DNA of 64,000 nt from the human T2T-CHM13v2.0 reference genome, Homo sapiens, in the NCBI RefSeq assembly GCF_009914755.1, contig NC_060931.1; one strand, given 5' to 3'. The notes beneath the pieces were generated by a model. The model was not told where the DNA came from, made no database searches, and saw only the letters and a program-made list of their open reading frames with translations. Positions 1 to 19,137 of this stretch are shown in pieces. A program made the translations under genes and the position numbers. The stretch's first letter is position 1. The number at the start of each line of letters is the position of its first letter.

Positions 1-17
1 ATACCAAAAAAAATCTT

Positions 18-160
18 AGGGATGATGGATGATCTTGCTTCTGATTATTATTTCACAGGAGTATTCCTATGTCAAAACTGATGAAATTGTACACTTCAAA
101 CATTGGAAAGTTACTATATGTTAGTTGTACCTCAATAAAGATGTTCAAAATAAATACTAA
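18..160 (+). mobile_element. Ancient L1 (L1M-type) 3' end fragment
   Basis: GTCAAAACTGATGAAATTGTACACTTCAAA...TACCTCAATAAAG resembles an L1MC/ME 3' terminus with polyA signal. Confidence 0.5.
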
Positions 161-324
161 AAATTTTAAAAATGGAAAAGTAACAGAGACTTCAGGGAAA
201 AACAGGGGATGCTGGGTAATAAAAACCAAAGAGAAACTAGTATCTCAGCAGGGAGAGAGGGGTCAGGAGTTGGCACGCTGAGGTTGTGTCACATGAGGAA
301 AGACAAGGTCCACATGTGTAAAAT

Positions 325-1155
<831 letters not shown>

Positions 1156-1268
1156 AAAGGAAGCCAATGAGCGTATCTCTCTCATAGGGCTGTTGTGAGA
1201 ATTAACTTGGTCTCTATGTAAAATGCAATGATTGTAATAAGCAAGAAAAAAATGTTAGTTACTAGGAT

Positions 1269-1683
1269 TGAGAAGAGAGAAATCGCCCAGAGTATTATGA
1301 GCCAGGTGAGGTATGCAAAATTTACCAGGTCCAGAGAGACAAGAGTATGAAATTTCGGTCATTCCCCGTGCCTGAGGGCAATTGTTTAAAGTGATTTTGT
1401 TCCTAACTAGCTGACTGACCTGTTATCTTCCTGTTTCTGAAATTTGTGATACAAAGAACAATGTTATAGCTTATGTATTTTAAATGTAAATTATTGGTAA
1501 ACAATGTAGAAATTGCCTCTTCTTTTTCTTTAAAAATTCACTTGCAACAGTTGCTAATCAGAGTGTATAATTCAGGTCAACTTGAATCTATGTTCCCCAG
1601 TTGCAATCCTCAAGCTTGCCCCAAATAAACTCTCTACTTATATTAATTTTGCCTCAGTTTTTTTTTTTCCTTTAAGGTTGACA
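1269..1683 (+). mobile_element. Solo LTR (LTR47-like)
   Basis: TGAGAAGAGAGAAAT...GAGGTATGCAAAATTTACCAGG...AATAAACTCTCTAC...GTTGACA. Confidence 0.6.
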
Positions 1684-2044
1684 ATTTAAATGAAAGGTCT
1701 AGGTTAATTCCATAGTAGTATGGGACACAGAATTACTTTCAGCTGGGAAGAAGGTGGAAATCAAGGCTGGCTTCCTGGGGGTGGTGCTGTCCAAGGTGTT
1801 TGAACCAGAGCAACTCCATCTTGAATAGGGGCTGGTAGAAATAAGGCTGAGACCTACTGGGCTGCATTCCTAGGAGGTTAGGCATTCTAGTCACAGAATG
1901 AGATAGGAGGTCAGCACAAAATACAGGTCACAAAGACCTTACTGATGAAACAGGATGCAATAAAAAAAGCTACCCAAAGTCCACCAAAACCAAGATGGTG
2001 ATGAGAGTGACATCTGGTCATCCTCACTGCTCATTAAATATGAA

Positions 2045-3860
<1,816 letters not shown>

Positions 3861-4497
3861 TATTCCTTTACTTTTTTAATAAACTTGCTTTCATTTTATT
3901 CTATGGACTTGCCCTGAATTCTTTCTGGTGAAAGATCCAAGAACCCTCTCTTGCAGGTCTGGATCAGAGCCCTTTCCAGTTAACAGTGCCATTCGATTGA
4001 AACCATGAAGGATACAATACACTGTTATTTAAATGTGTACTTCTCTATGGCATGGACAGTATATTCTCTTTTCACTCCTTCCCTCACCATTACAATGCCA
4101 GCCCCCAGCATAGGGGTTTTAGCCTTTGGTAAAAAAATCCCTTTGGTAAAGTCACAAAGTCATGGAATTTTACATTTGAAAGAGACCTCAGATAGCAGCT
4201 AGTTCAACTTCTTTGTTTTACAAGCAATTAGATTGTACTTCATTTTAAAGGAATTCAAGCATAAAGGAAAGAAGGCAGATTTTTGACCTAGAGGTGTCTT
4301 CAGGCAATCCTGTCAACCTTTGTGGGCCTCAGGTGTTTTATATGTAAAACAAGGGCACAGTTACTGCCTGAGGACAGTGGGTAAACCTGGGAGCCACCCC
4401 TTTTAGGTGACAACGTGGATTCTTGTATCATTCTCCTTTTAAAGTCTGAAGAACATTGGAAGTTTGGACAAAGCTTGCTTAATCTTATAAGTTATCC

Positions 4498-4588
4498 AAA
4501 AAAAAAAAAAAAGGTAGAAAAGAGGGAAGGAAGGAAGGAAGGAAGAAGGAAGGGAAGGAGGGAGGGGGGAGGGAGGGAAGGAAGGAAG
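4498..4588. repeat. A/GA-rich simple repeat (GGAA-type)
   Basis: polyA then GAAG/GGAG repeats. Confidence 0.9.
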
Positions 4589-4638
4589 CTTGTGCGTTAT
4601 GAGAAAAAGTGCACAAACTTGGAGAAACTATGCAAGAG

Positions 4639-5420
4639 CAAGCTTGTCCAACCCACGGCCCAGGGTCTGCATGCAGCCTAGGATGGCTTTGAATGTGGCC
4701 CAACGCAAATTCATAAACTTTCTTAAAACATTATTGTTACAGGAAAGGAGTCCTGATCCAGACCCCAAGAGAGGGTTCTTGGATCCCACACAAGAAAGAA
4801 TTCAGGGCAAGTCCATAGAGTAAAGTGAAAACAAGTTTATTAGGAAAGTAAAGGAATGAAAGACTGGTTACTCCATAGCCAGAGCAGCCCCGAGGGCCGC
4901 TGGTGGCTGATTTTTGTGGTTATTTCTTGATGGTATGCTACACAAGGAGTGGATTATTCATGCTTCTCCTTCTTAGACCATATAGGGTACCTTCCTGACG
5001 TTGCCATGGCATTTGTAAACTGTCATGGCGCTGATGGGAGCGTAGCAGTGAGGACGACCAGAGGTCACTTTCGTCGCCATCTTGGTTTTGGTGGGTTTTG
5101 GCCAGCTTCTTTACTGCAGCCTGTTTTATCAGCAAGGTCTTTATGACCTATATCTTGTGCCAACCTCCTATCTCATCCTGTGACTAAGAATGCCTTAACC
5201 ATCTGGAAACGCAGCGCGGTAGGTTTCAGCCTCATTTTACCCAGCTGTTATTCACGATGGAGTTGCTCTGGTTCAAATGCTTCTGACATTATGAGATTTA
5301 TTTGCGATTTTTTCTTTTTTAGCTCATTAGCTATTGTTAGTGTCAGTTTATTTTATGTGTAATCTAAGACAACTCTTCTTTCAACGTGGCACAGAAAAGC
5401 CAAAAGATTGGACACCCCTG
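4639..5420 (-). mobile_element. MER30 hAT DNA transposon split by MER41A
   Basis: Ends CAAGCTTGTCCAA... and ...TTGGACACCCCTG; body contiguous across the LTR. Confidence 0.8.
4735..5288 (-). mobile_element. MER41A solo LTR
   Basis: 554 bp, TGTTAC...CTGACA, TSD TTAT. Confidence 0.9.
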
Positions 5421-5795
5421 TTCTAGAGTCTTCATTTCAAAACCAGCTCCTGCATGTGAATCTGGGGTGATTCTGAGTATGTCAATGTCAGCTGAATCAC
5501 TTCACTTTTTCACTAGACATCCTCACAAGGAGATCTTGTTATCATTGGATGAGGATCTTGGCTTCACCACCACAGAGAAAATAATCACAAGCTCAGAAAT
5601 TTATTAAAAATTCATTTGTAGCACTTGTGCTCGTGCACTGAATATTACAGTTGATTCTTGTTATTCACAGTGGTTATTGTCTGTAAAATCAACATGAACA
5701 CTGAATGAATAAGTGGATACTGAACCATTGCGCCTACAGGAAATACAGGTACTTATTCCTGTGGGTCTTTGATTATGATATTTTCATAAACCAAT

Positions 5796-6440
5796 TAATA
5801 TAGGAGTTAAGGAGAAATGATTTAGGCAGATAGTGATGGTAAGGAAGTCCTTAGTAGGGTTTTCCTTTTAATGAAAAGCAGCCCTCAAATCATTTCCTTT
5901 TCTAACAAAGAGCAGCCTGTAAACTCGAGCTGCAGACATAGAAAGGCAGGCCAGAAGCTTGCACAGGTGAATGCCAGCAGCTGTACTAGTAGGAAAGGGG
6001 CTACCTGGGACCAGGCATGTCCAACATGGCGGCTTCATCTTCCCTTCTCTTTGCCAACCGCGTGTACAGTAAGGAGCAGACAACATGGCAGCAGGCCAAG
6101 CAAAGACCCTATTTGCATAATAAGATTAGGATGGGGCAGCCAGCTTCCCCACACATTATGTAAACGTCACACCTGGTCCAACCAATCTGTGGGCCCTATG
6201 TAAATCAGACACCACCTCCTCAAGCCTGTCTATAAAATCTGGTGCCCTTCCCCGCAGGCCAGCTTTTCCCTTTTGGATGCCCCTCTCTTTCATAAGAGAG
6301 AGAGCTGTTCTCCTTTCTCTTTCTTTTGCCTATTATACCTCTGTTCCTAAACTCACTCCTTGTGTGTGTCTGTATTCTTGATTTTTTTAGTACAAGACGA
6401 TGAACCCCAGGTATTTACCCCAGGCAACAATGCTGCTTCA
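5796..6440 (+). mobile_element. ERV1 solo LTR (LTR43/MER50-like)
   Basis: TSD CAAT both sides; TATAAAA box at ~6231; ends GCTTCA. Confidence 0.65.
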
Positions 6441-6856
6441 CAATCAGTAAATAGCCTTGTTTTATGTATCCTTCTGTTTCAAAACACCTTATTGACTATA
6501 TTTGTGGATTCATTAACAGCATACCCATGGCCAACAGCACTGTGGCTCATGCCTGAATGAAGCTTATCTAACACACATATTTTCTCCATAAGACTGTCAA
6601 CAGAAGAAAAACAAGGTTTGTAAATTTGAAAAGGAGGGCTTTATTTCTTATAAAGGGTTGCAGCCTGTAGGCTGGGAAGTGTAGCCTTTGGCACAAGCTG
6701 AAAGCAAGCATTTCAAGGGAGGGATACATTTAGGGAATAGGAATCTATGTTGAGCAGGGTGGCCAAATATGCATATTCAATAAGCTAGAGGAAGAGTCAT
6801 GAATATTTATAAAAGGAGAAATATGCACATGTGTGATGGAGCTTTGTGCCTCTTCA

Positions 6857-7199
<343 letters not shown>

Positions 7200-7424
7200 T
7201 CAGCTCTCTGACATCAAAGGTGAAACACAGGATAGGAAAAACCTCACTGTGCATTACCCGTGAGCTGGCCAGACTTGGTCAGATTATACAAAGGGATGAA
7301 TTGTGAAACTGGTGAGCTTCACATCAAAACTGTTAAGAGAGAGAAGGGGGTGGTGGTCTCAACATGGTCTGAGATAATCAGCTAAAGGCCATGAAAGAAT
7401 GAGTTGTCCCTATCTTCATTTCTT

Positions 7425-7731
<307 letters not shown>

Positions 7732-7918
7732 TCATTTCTAAAGCTGGCATCTGCTTACTCTTTAGGGAAAAAAAGAATCTTGATTAAAGGTTAATAAGGA
7801 AGGAGTACACTGAGGTAATCCTGGCTTCTGTCCCATTATGGGTAGGAACTCAGTTTTTAAGGTGTCTCTGAGGTCCCCTTGGCCAAGAGGAGTCTGTTTA
7901 GTCAGATGGGGAGCTTAG

Positions 7919-8222
<304 letters not shown>

Positions 8223-8551
8223 TAGAATTTTATTTTAATTTCTCAAGGCACATCACAGCTTTCTTGTGCTTTGAGACACTAGACAGCCCTTCAACAATGC
8301 ATTCTGGGAGCCATTTTTAAATAAACAAAATCACCCACAAAAATGCAGAAAATGGAGCACTCAGTAGACCTGGAAAAGGACACTTGTTTACAGTATGAGA
8401 GCTGAAACAAAATAAGGCAGAGCATCTCTTTGTTTAATCTCAGCTGGAAACGTGTTACATTATCAGGTGACCTAAATTTTCCTGCTCAGTACATGTGCAC
8501 AAATGACCAAAAAATTATCTTGAATATTACTTTTGCTTACAAATAAATGTT

Positions 8552-8780
<229 letters not shown>

Positions 8781-9230
8781 TAGTGAGTAGGCAAATTCAC
8801 AAACATAAAAAATCTGTAAATACTGATGATCATCTGTAACTCTTGGTACTCCCCACCCTTCCAAGTTCTCCCTGAATTGCAGCTGCTAAGAGCCTGAAGA
8901 CTACATGTCTGAGGCCTCCTTGTCAGTTGGAGTTTTATTTAGATTCTGACAATGACAGAAACTTACATCAGATCAGGAAGGTGGGAGAAAAGTAAGAGCA
9001 ATTATAGTCCCTGAACATAGGTGTGTGGGTGCATAAGCTTCAGCAGAAGGCTATGTCATGTTCTGTGCTATTTTCTAGACATACTCTTGTGAATCACCAA
9101 CTGCCTGGATTCCTGGGATCATTGATGATTTTGCTACCTGAAAAAAACTGGGTTTCATTTGCCTGGCCAGTAACAAACGATTCTCTGGGAGAATGCAAGT
9201 TTTTGATCAATAGGAAGTTTATTACTTGTT

Positions 9231-9470
9231 ACCCTCCCCTCTCTTAAGCTCCTCTCCTCTCTTAAGCCCCTCCTCTCTCTTAAGCCCCACCTGTCTCTTA
9301 GGTTCCTCCCCTCTCTTAAGCCCCTCCCCTCTCTTAAGCTCCCCCCCTCTCTTAAGCTCCCCCTTAGCTCCTCCCCTCACTTAAGCTCCTCTTCTAAGCC
9401 CTCCCTCTCTATTAAGCCCCTCCCCTCTCCTAAGCTCCTCCCTCTCTTAAGCTTCTTCCCTCTTAAATGC
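9231..9470. repeat. 18-bp minisatellite (CTCCTCCCCTCTCTTAAG)n, copy 1
   Basis: Tandem degenerate units with CTTAAG core. Confidence 0.95.
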
Positions 9471-9650
9471 ATGAAAAGGGCATTGCTATGGACTCCCAGT
9501 AAGAAGAGCACTGGGAGTATTCTCCAAAGCAATGTCTCCCAAGGGAAAGTGACAGGAAGGTTTTAAAAGACGATGGAGAGGGAAGAGGGTGCATCGTTGC
9601 ATGTAGAGGAGGGTTCCCATTGGCACACACCCAGTGAGTCATCATGCTAG

Positions 9651-10388
<738 letters not shown>

Positions 10389-11858
10389 TCAGCAATAGGT
10401 CACATGTGATGACAATGCAGCTATAGTGCAGTCTGGAGACTTTAGCACAGTAATAAGGAAAGTTCACTCAGGTTCATTTATATGTGGCTGGGTTCTGTCA
10501 GGAGCTTCTTCTGGCCAACAAGGTGACTGCATTCCACACAGCGTTTGGAAAAAAAAAAACAGGTTGCAAAGCAGGAGGCTGTAAAACAGGCTTATTGCTC
10601 AAGTTGATTAAATTCCTGTAGTCCCTGGAGACCCTCCTTGTCTACTTACAATTTCCTCTGAAGTTTGCACTCCCAGCTTTGCCAAAAATTCTATGAACAC
10701 CTAATTCTCTGCTTTATATCCCCTCCTGATGATAACAGCATTTAGAGTGGTTTCTGTGTTTCTGGCTAAAAATCACAAAAGCAAATATATATCTGACTGT
10801 ATTACTTAGATAGACTGAAACATACTGATTTATTTCCAAATAATATATTTTGGGACCAATGTTCTAAGTGATCATCTAACAAATTGCCCTCCCAGCATCC
10901 CTGTTTGTACTACCTGGATGTCCATGTTCTGAAAAGTGTGTCAAATGATTGGTGTTATTGTACATACAGATAGATCTAAAATTTGTGTGCTGCTTATTAA
11001 GTTCTAGGTGCTGGGGGAAAATGAGCTGATCCTTACCACAGCCTGGGGGGGGAAGGCAATATTGATTTTTACAAAATGAATCTCATAGATGTTTAATTCC
11101 TCGACCAGGGTCATGAAAGTAGTAAATGATGGAACAGTAATTTAATAGAAAGTTTCCCACAACACCCACACTTCTGTTTCCTACAGCTGAATCCTTCCAG
11201 ATAATTTCATTTCTCCTTGTTTCCTCCCACAGCCTCAATCTTTCATTAGCTTTTAACAATCTTCAGGGGGGTGGTGGAGGTGGGGGAGAAACTTGAATGA
11301 AGTCAGGGTTTGATCCTAGGAAAGACTATATTTTATATTTTAATTTTATTTAATGCTAGCAATTAATGGCAGATGACTCATTTTCTCGATCACTGATGCA
11401 AGTATGACATCCACATGCACTGGAGACTATACTTGTACATCCCACCTAGATTAGTCAGAAAAACACTGTCCCTTTTTCCAACTTCCAAAGTGTAGGTGAG
11501 GATTGGAGTGCCTCCACTCCACCACGTAAACCTTTAAAAGGTGTAAGATTTGAAACACTTTTCTATTGCATCTCCAGCCTCTGCAAGCTCCAAGGGTATT
11601 TCAGGACATGGATCTCATTTACCATTTCATTTGAGCCTTAATAGTTTGAGCAATTTTACAGGCTGAATGCCACATCTTCGTTTAATAAACATTTATTAGC
11701 CTCTACTATATGTCAGGCACAATACTTACTACTAGATGTGTTCTTAAGTGGGGAAGGGGGCCTTTTTCATGAACAAGCATGAACAGCTTCTCTATGCTAC
11801 CTGATGTGAACTTTTATGAAACTCACAGTCCTTTAAGAGAGAGATGGTGAATGACGTT

Positions 11859-12150
11859 TTAAGCTCCTGCCTTCTCTTAAGCCCTTCTCCTCTCCTAAGC
11901 TCCTCCCCTCTCTTAAGTCCCTCCCCTCTCTTAAGCTCCTCCCCCTCTTAAACTCCTCTGTCTCTTAAGCTCCCCTTAAGCTCTTCCCCTCTCCTAAGCC
12001 CCTCCCCTCTGTAAAGCTCTCCACTTAAGCTCCTGTTGTCTCTTAAGCTCCTCCCCTCTCTTAAGCCCCTCCTCTCTCTTAAGCACCTCCCCTCTCAAGC
12101 TTCTTCTCTCTCCTAAGCTCCTCCCCTCTCTTAAGCTCCTTCCCTCTTAA
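11859..12150. repeat. 18-bp minisatellite (CTCCTCCCCTCTCTTAAG)n, copy 2
   Basis: Same unit as 9231-9470. Confidence 0.95.
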
Positions 12151-12167
12151 ATGCATGAAGAGGCCAT

Positions 12168-12608
12168 TGTTATGGACTGAATATTTGTGTCCCTCTAAAA
12201 TTGTTAATATGCTTAAGTCCCAACTTGTGGTGTGGCTGTATTTGGAGATGGGGATTCTGATGAAGTAATTAAGTGAGTTGATAAGGGTGGATCCCTCATC
12301 TGGTAGTATTAATATTCTTGTAAGAAGCGACACCTGAGAGCTCATTCCTTTCTCTCCCTCCCTCATTTCTCTCTCTCCATCTCTCCCATCCTCCCTCTCC
12401 TCATATACACATCAAGAAAAGGACATATGGGGACACAGAGAGGAGGCGACCATTTGCAACCCAAGGGGAAATCCTTTGCCAGACATCAATTCTGCTGGCA
12501 TCTTGATCTCGAACTTCCGGCCTCTAAAACTATGAGAAAATAAGTTTCTGTTGTTTAAGACACCGAGTCTGTAGTATTTTGTTATGGCAGCCCAAGCTGA
12601 CTAATACA
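12168..12608 (+). mobile_element. MaLR solo LTR (MLT1A-like)
   Basis: TGTTATGGACTGAAT...TTTGTTATGGCAGCCCAAGCTGACTAATACA. Confidence 0.8.
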
Positions 12609-12853
12609 GCTTTCAATGCTGGAAATGAGCCTGGCCCAACCAGGTAAACTTCCACAGCTTTAAATAGGTTTGGTATTCTTGGTCTACCATGTGCACATTG
12701 GTCTCCTATTTCCCCATTTAAGAATACGTCTAGTTATAAGCATTGTGCCTGACATCGTGGAGCACAGAGGACACCTTTGTACTCTTCCCGTCCCAGGGAA
12801 ATGCCAGCCTTCCTGAGAGTAGAGAGATGAGAACTTCATTAGGAATGCCACTC

Positions 12854-13162
12854 AGACTGGGCACAGTGGCTCACATCTGTAATCTCGGCACTTTGGGAGG
12901 CCGAGGCGGGCGGATCTCCTGAGGTCAGAAGTTCGAGACCAGCTTGGCCAACATGGTAAAACCCTGTCTCTACTAAAAATACAAAAATTAGTTGTGCATG
13001 GTGGCACATGCCTGTAGTCCCAGCTATTGGGGAGGTTGAGGCAGGAGAATCTTTGAACCCAGGAGGCAGAGGCTGCAGTGAGACGAAATCTTGCCACTGC
13101 ACTCCAGCCTGGGTGATAGAAGGAGACTCTGTCTAAAAAAAAAAAAAGAAAAGAAAAAAAAA
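12854..13162 (+). mobile_element. AluS
   Basis: Full Alu, TSD AATGCCA(A)CTCAG. Confidence 0.93.
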
Positions 13163-13379
13163 TGCCAACTCAGAGCCCTAAGGGATACATACAGGAGAAA
13201 ACAGCTAGGATGCTCAAGACAGGAAAAGGTCTAGGTAACCTTTTTTAACTTCCTCAGCTGAGTGCATGCGGTTGGGGTAAACTGGAAGGTGAGAAAATGA
13301 TTGCCAGTTTCTCCCCAGTCCCCAGTATTTCTGTACCTTCAGCCCTGCCTAGGCAAAATCTGCACATTCTGCAGGACAG

Positions 13380-13490
13380 GCTAACCTGTATATCCCCAGT
13401 TCTCCTCACCTACTGAGATGCTTTGCCCACCTCACAGGTTTATCTTGAGAATGAAACGCAATCCTGTATGAGAGGTGCTTTGGAACTGGG
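13380..13490 (+). mobile_element. MIR fragment
   Basis: CCTCACAGGTTTATCTTGAGAATGAAA core-like. Confidence 0.4.
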
Positions 13491-13949
13491 GTCTTTCCCT
13501 CCCCTATCTCCCTGTTCTATCACCATCCTCCCCCTTCCCCACCTCTTGACAAGATTATTTCACCCCGACAAAGACATCAAGGCTGCTTTTTCATCAGAGC
13601 ACTTAGTGTAGATCATGACTTTATATTGATTTGCACAAGTTTTTTCAATCTCTGCATCTGCAACTAAGTAAGTACTCTGATGACAAATACACCAACTCTT
13701 GTTTAATACTTTTGCAAATACTGTTGGTGTATTTAATGTCATCCTCCTTTCTTCCTTGCCAACAGAAGCCTCATCGAGCATGACAGATCAAAGCCAGTCA
13801 TGACAGCCCTGTCCTCTACCCAAGTTCTCTTGCACTTCATGAATGACCAGTAACTTCATCCTGACCGATGATATATAAGGGGACATTTTCTAAAAGTGAG
13901 GGATGTGGGGTAAGCTTATGCTTTCTTGATAGAGACATGCTAACCCAGC

Positions 13950-14210
13950 TGACTCAGACTTTCCTTCTTCCTGCTTGGAAGTGGAAGTTATGGCTGGAGC
14001 TGCTGCAGCCATCTTGAGGACATGAGGCAGAGTCTCAGAGAATGCTGGAAATATAATCCCAGACATCATTTAGTCTATTAGCTAATACCAACAATTACCT
14101 GACACCAGGCTTCTCGATACAGAAGAGAAAGAAAAAAGAAATGTTATTTACTTAACCATCCTGGTTAGGTTTTCTGTTACTTGAAACCAAATACAACCTT
14201 AATTGATGTA
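13950..14210 (+). mobile_element. Old MaLR LTR (MLT1J/K/L-like) fragment
   Basis: GGCTGGAGCTGCTGCAGCCATCTTG...GGTTTTCTGTTACTTG. Confidence 0.55.
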
Positions 14211-15289
14211 CTGTTGTTTTAGCTCCAGCACTGGATGCCATTGGTCCATACTCGGTACTTAGAAATGCCTATTGAGTAAATAACTAGAAGGATGAATGAA
14301 TGACTAAATGGATCATCAATCTTTATGCCCTCTGTGGCACTTAGCTCAGAACCTGACATCTACTGGGAGCATGATAGATATTTGTTGAATTAAACGGAAG
14401 TGCCAAAAGTTATCATTTAGCACATTGAAGAGAGCGGCCAGAAATAATTCTCCAAAAAAACTCAACTGCCCATTGAAATAACATAGCAAAAACTGCCAGA
14501 TATCTGAGTTGAGGAAAATAAGGAATTGAGAACATCTAGTACCCAAAAGCTGTGCTCCAATTTAGAAGGCTTAAAATAATACCACTCATCACTCATGTCT
14601 CCTAGCAAAGTACAAATTAGTGGCTTGGAAAATTCCTCTAAGCTCCAGGGTGAGACAGACATTAGCCTCAATAGGAAAAGCCCTTGTGGCCTGCTAGGCC
14701 TACTTCCCAGGGAGGGTTTGCCCAGGCTCAACAGAGTCCAGAAAATCACAGGGCACCTAATTTAAAACAATCATTGCAAAAGGTCGGATAAAATAGGCTC
14801 AGCGGCAGAGAAATGTTCCCAGCGCCAACAGAGGCAACTGCCTGGCAGCTCCCCAGCTACCGGCACAGAGCGTGAGGGACTCCCTAAGTGAGAGGTTGGT
14901 CTCGCCTTATAATCCATCCCCCAGTCTTCATCCCCACTTTCAGCAGGAAGGAGTCAGGCCCACTAAGTCCTCCGTGTTGACAGCTCTGCAGATGGCCTGG
15001 CCTTCCCTCCAGGGAAGAAGCATCATCTCTGGTCCACTTTGTCCCGCAGCAAGAAATGAGGATGAGAAAAACACAAGGCAGATTACTGAACATAAATTAC
15101 TAATTCTTATTAGCATATGAAATGCTTTCAGTGACAAGTACTGCTGAAATGTTGCTCATGGCAGCTAGACCCATGTGCGTGGAAACTAGCATATGTTCAA
15201 ATACAACAGCGACGATTATGGACTGGCCACTCTGCTCCCAACATAGAATTTGATAATGTGGTTATAGAGACAGCAGGATACAATTGGGA

Positions 15290-15835
15290 AAACACAAGCT
15301 TTTGAGTCAGAGGGGCAGAATTCTGATACCAGCTAAACCATCCATTAACTAAGTTCTTTCTATGGGCCTCAGTTTTTTCATTTATAAAATAGGCTTGGCC
15401 GGGCACAGTGGCTCACACCTATAATACCAGCACATTGGGAGGCCGAGGCAGGCAGATCACTTGAGGTCAGGAGTTCAAGACCAGCCTGGCCAACACGGTG
15501 AAACCCCGTCTCTACAAAAATACAAAAATTAGCCAGACATGATGGTGGGTGCCTGTAATTCCAGCTACTCGGCAGTCTGAGGTGGGAGAATCATTGAACT
15601 TGGGAAGCGGAGGTTGCAGTGAGCTGAGATCGCACCATTGCACTCCAGCCTGGGTGACAGTGCAAACTCTGTCTCAAAAAAACATATAAAATAAAATAAA
15701 ATAAAATAAAATAAAATAAAATAAATAAAATAAATTAGCCTTAATAATATTTAAGCCCAAAAGTTACAAGTGGATATTAAATAAAATCATGTAGATAAAA
15801 CGCTTTGCAGAATGCCTAACTACTTGCATGAATGA
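15290..15835 (+). mobile_element. MIR interrupted by an Alu
   Basis: GGCCTCAGTTTTTTCATTTATAAAAT core before the Alu, continuation after. Confidence 0.55.
15397..15733 (+). mobile_element. AluS (Sz-like) with (AAAAT)n tail
   Basis: Full Alu dimer. Confidence 0.93.
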
Positions 15836-15892
15836 TAAATATGCATGCATGTGCACACCCATACTTATTTAGACACTGTTCTTCTTTTCATT

Positions 15893-16054
15893 TTAACATT
15901 TTTAGAGACAGAGTCTCCCTCTGTTACCTGGGTTGGAGGGAAGAGGCAAGATCATGGCTCACTGCAGCCTCAAACTCCCGGGTTCGAGCGATTCTCCTGC
16001 TCAGCCTCCCGAGTAGCTGTGACCACCGGTGCATACCTGGCTAATTGTTTGTAT

Positions 16055-16093
<39 letters not shown>

Positions 16094-16219
16094 TGTTTTG
16101 TAGAGACAGGGTCTCACTGTGTTGCCCAGGCCGGTCTTGAACTCCTAGACTCAAGCCATCCTCCCACCTCAGCTTCCCAAAATGTTGAGATGACAGGCAT
16201 GAGCCACTGTGCCCGGCCT
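15893..16219 (-). mobile_element. AluJ with (TTTA)n linker expansion
   Basis: Reverse diverged Alu. Confidence 0.85.
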
Positions 16220-16383
16220 CAGACACTATTCTTTATGATACTGTACAGAAGAGGAAACTGGGACTTGGGGGTGAAATAACAAGGGACGGATCTTGAAACC
16301 ACCAGAACTGAACCTGGAGCCAAGGCTTCCCGAAGTCACAGACTGTGCTCCCTCCCCAGTCCTGCTCTCAAGAGGTTGGAGTT

Positions 16384-16386
<3 letters not shown>

Positions 16387-16421
<35 letters not shown>
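16387..16421. repeat. (CA)n microsatellite
   Basis: ~17 CA units. Confidence 0.97.
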
Positions 16422-16423
<2 letters not shown>

Positions 16424-16896
16424 GAAAGGTCTTAGAAATCCAGCCCTGCTGCTCATAGAAGCAATAGGTGAGCTCTCTCCAGTTCTTCCACTCTCCTTCC
16501 TCATCTTTTTTAGCCTGAGCCTTTAGTTCTGGTTCTGACACCCGAGACCAAGAATTGCTCAGCTCTCCAGAGGATTCCACTGAGTAAGGAGCTGGCTAAG
16601 CCGGATCAAGTGGAAATTAAAAAGGACCTCGGGGACTGCAGACCCAAGCTTCATTAAGACCTAATGAAAACCTGCCAGGAGGCTGAACACAGGTGCTCAT
16701 GAGCATTTTTTTTTTTTTCCCCTTTGCAGCTTTTTATATGATTCTATGTCTGGAAAGTCAATAGTGAACTTAGCCAGAAATAGAGGCTGGATCCAGCAGC
16801 CTGGGGTGCCTGTAGCCATACCTTCCAAACTGAAAATGGGGCTGTGTAGTCTGATGCAGGTGCCTGAGATGGGGAAGGCCCTTAAAAGGCAGGGGA

Positions 16897-17228
<332 letters not shown>

Positions 17229-17643
17229 TCATCTCTGAGACGAATGAGGGTGCTTATCACATAGCAGCTAAGGCTGTGGATAGGTAAGCAAATGGGGGAG
17301 AAGAGAGAGGTGGGTGGTAGGAAGGATCTAACATTTCTTATGCCCTGACTAACTCTAAGTTCAAGAGTAATGTTCACTTCCTCCCACCCCTGCCATGCAA
17401 CAACCACTTCCATGTTTACCAGGAGACTTCTGAACATCTTGGGTGTGTTTACACTGAAGAGTCCAGTGCAGTAGATATTTATAGGGTTTTGAGCCATTCA
17501 GTGTCCATTTCACCTTTGATAGCAGCATTTTTATTTTCATTTGGGAAATTCTCTCCCTCAAGAAATAGCCTGGCATAGCCAAGTAGTAGAGATATGGCAT
17601 CCGGGCAGCATTGATTGGCTAATCCTCATTAGAACGTGAATCC

Positions 17644-18093
<450 letters not shown>

Positions 18094-18317
18094 TGAATCT
18101 TATGTGGGGGCAATGAACCCGAAGATGGCAGATGCTCATTTATTCCAGTAGCAGTGCTCTGGCGGGACTATCAAAATGCATGCTACTTTGACCCCTGTAT
18201 TTCCTTTAGTTCTTGTTCCCTCTGTGCCTGTTCCTCAGCATTCCTATCACTTTCGGGAGCTCCTCCCATTCTCCAAAACATAGACAATGGCAAAAGCAGC
18301 TAATCACGTTGTTGCTT

Positions 18318-19101
18318 GTGATTACTGTAGAACCAAACTGGGGTCCATTCATGCTGGGCACAGTAAAACCAGATACTCACACTGAGCTTTTGCAGTGGCA
18401 GAAAAGAAGGCGTTTAGTTGCAGGGCGCCAAGCAAAAGAATACGGGCAGCTCTTGCTAAAGAACTGACCTCCCCCGTGGCTTGCAGGGAAAGGTTTTTAA
18501 AGGCAGGGGTGCATTTCAGGAATGCAGAAGTTACAGACAGTATGTGGAGGTTACACATTGGTTTTGGGTTAGGAGTGGGATATCTTGAAGTGGGGGCTTA
18601 TAGGTCATAGGTGGATTCAAAGATTTTCTGACTTGCAATTGGTTGAGGAAAGGAAGCTTTGCTTAAAAATTTGGATTTAGCAGAAAAAAAATTGTTAATT
18701 AGCTCAGGAATGCGATGCTCTCCAAGCCCCTCAGGAAGAAATTTAGATCAAAGAAAGGTGGTTGGAGATCAGCCTTCAATTTCCCCTATCTGAGGTCTCT
18801 GGGCCAGCAGATCTATTCGATGAGGTTCCTCGGTGGGGCTCTGGGTTTCTGAAAGACAAATCAGTGACATATGTTAAGATGTCATCTTTAGTTTTTATAG
18901 GAAAACCAAACACCCCTGGACTCTAACTTTCCCAGCTATGGTTTTAAGCTCCTATTACCTTCTTGTTTACCAAGTTGCTCATTAACTTCTCAGGGCTAGC
19001 TAGGTGCCTGGAATTTTCCTTGATGCAACTGGAAATTTTCCTTTATTTTCATGCCTGAAAGAGCTCACGGGCCACTAAAAGAGGGTCCCTGTTCTGTCTC
19101 A
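18318..19101 (-). mobile_element. ERV1 MER4-group solo LTR (LTR39-like; family uncertain)
   Basis: ...GGGTCCCTGTTCTGTCTCA terminus; GCAGGGCGCCAAGCAA motif typical of the group. Confidence 0.5.
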
Positions 19102-19137
19102 TGATCACCCAGAATTCTGCAATCACTGTCTGGAACT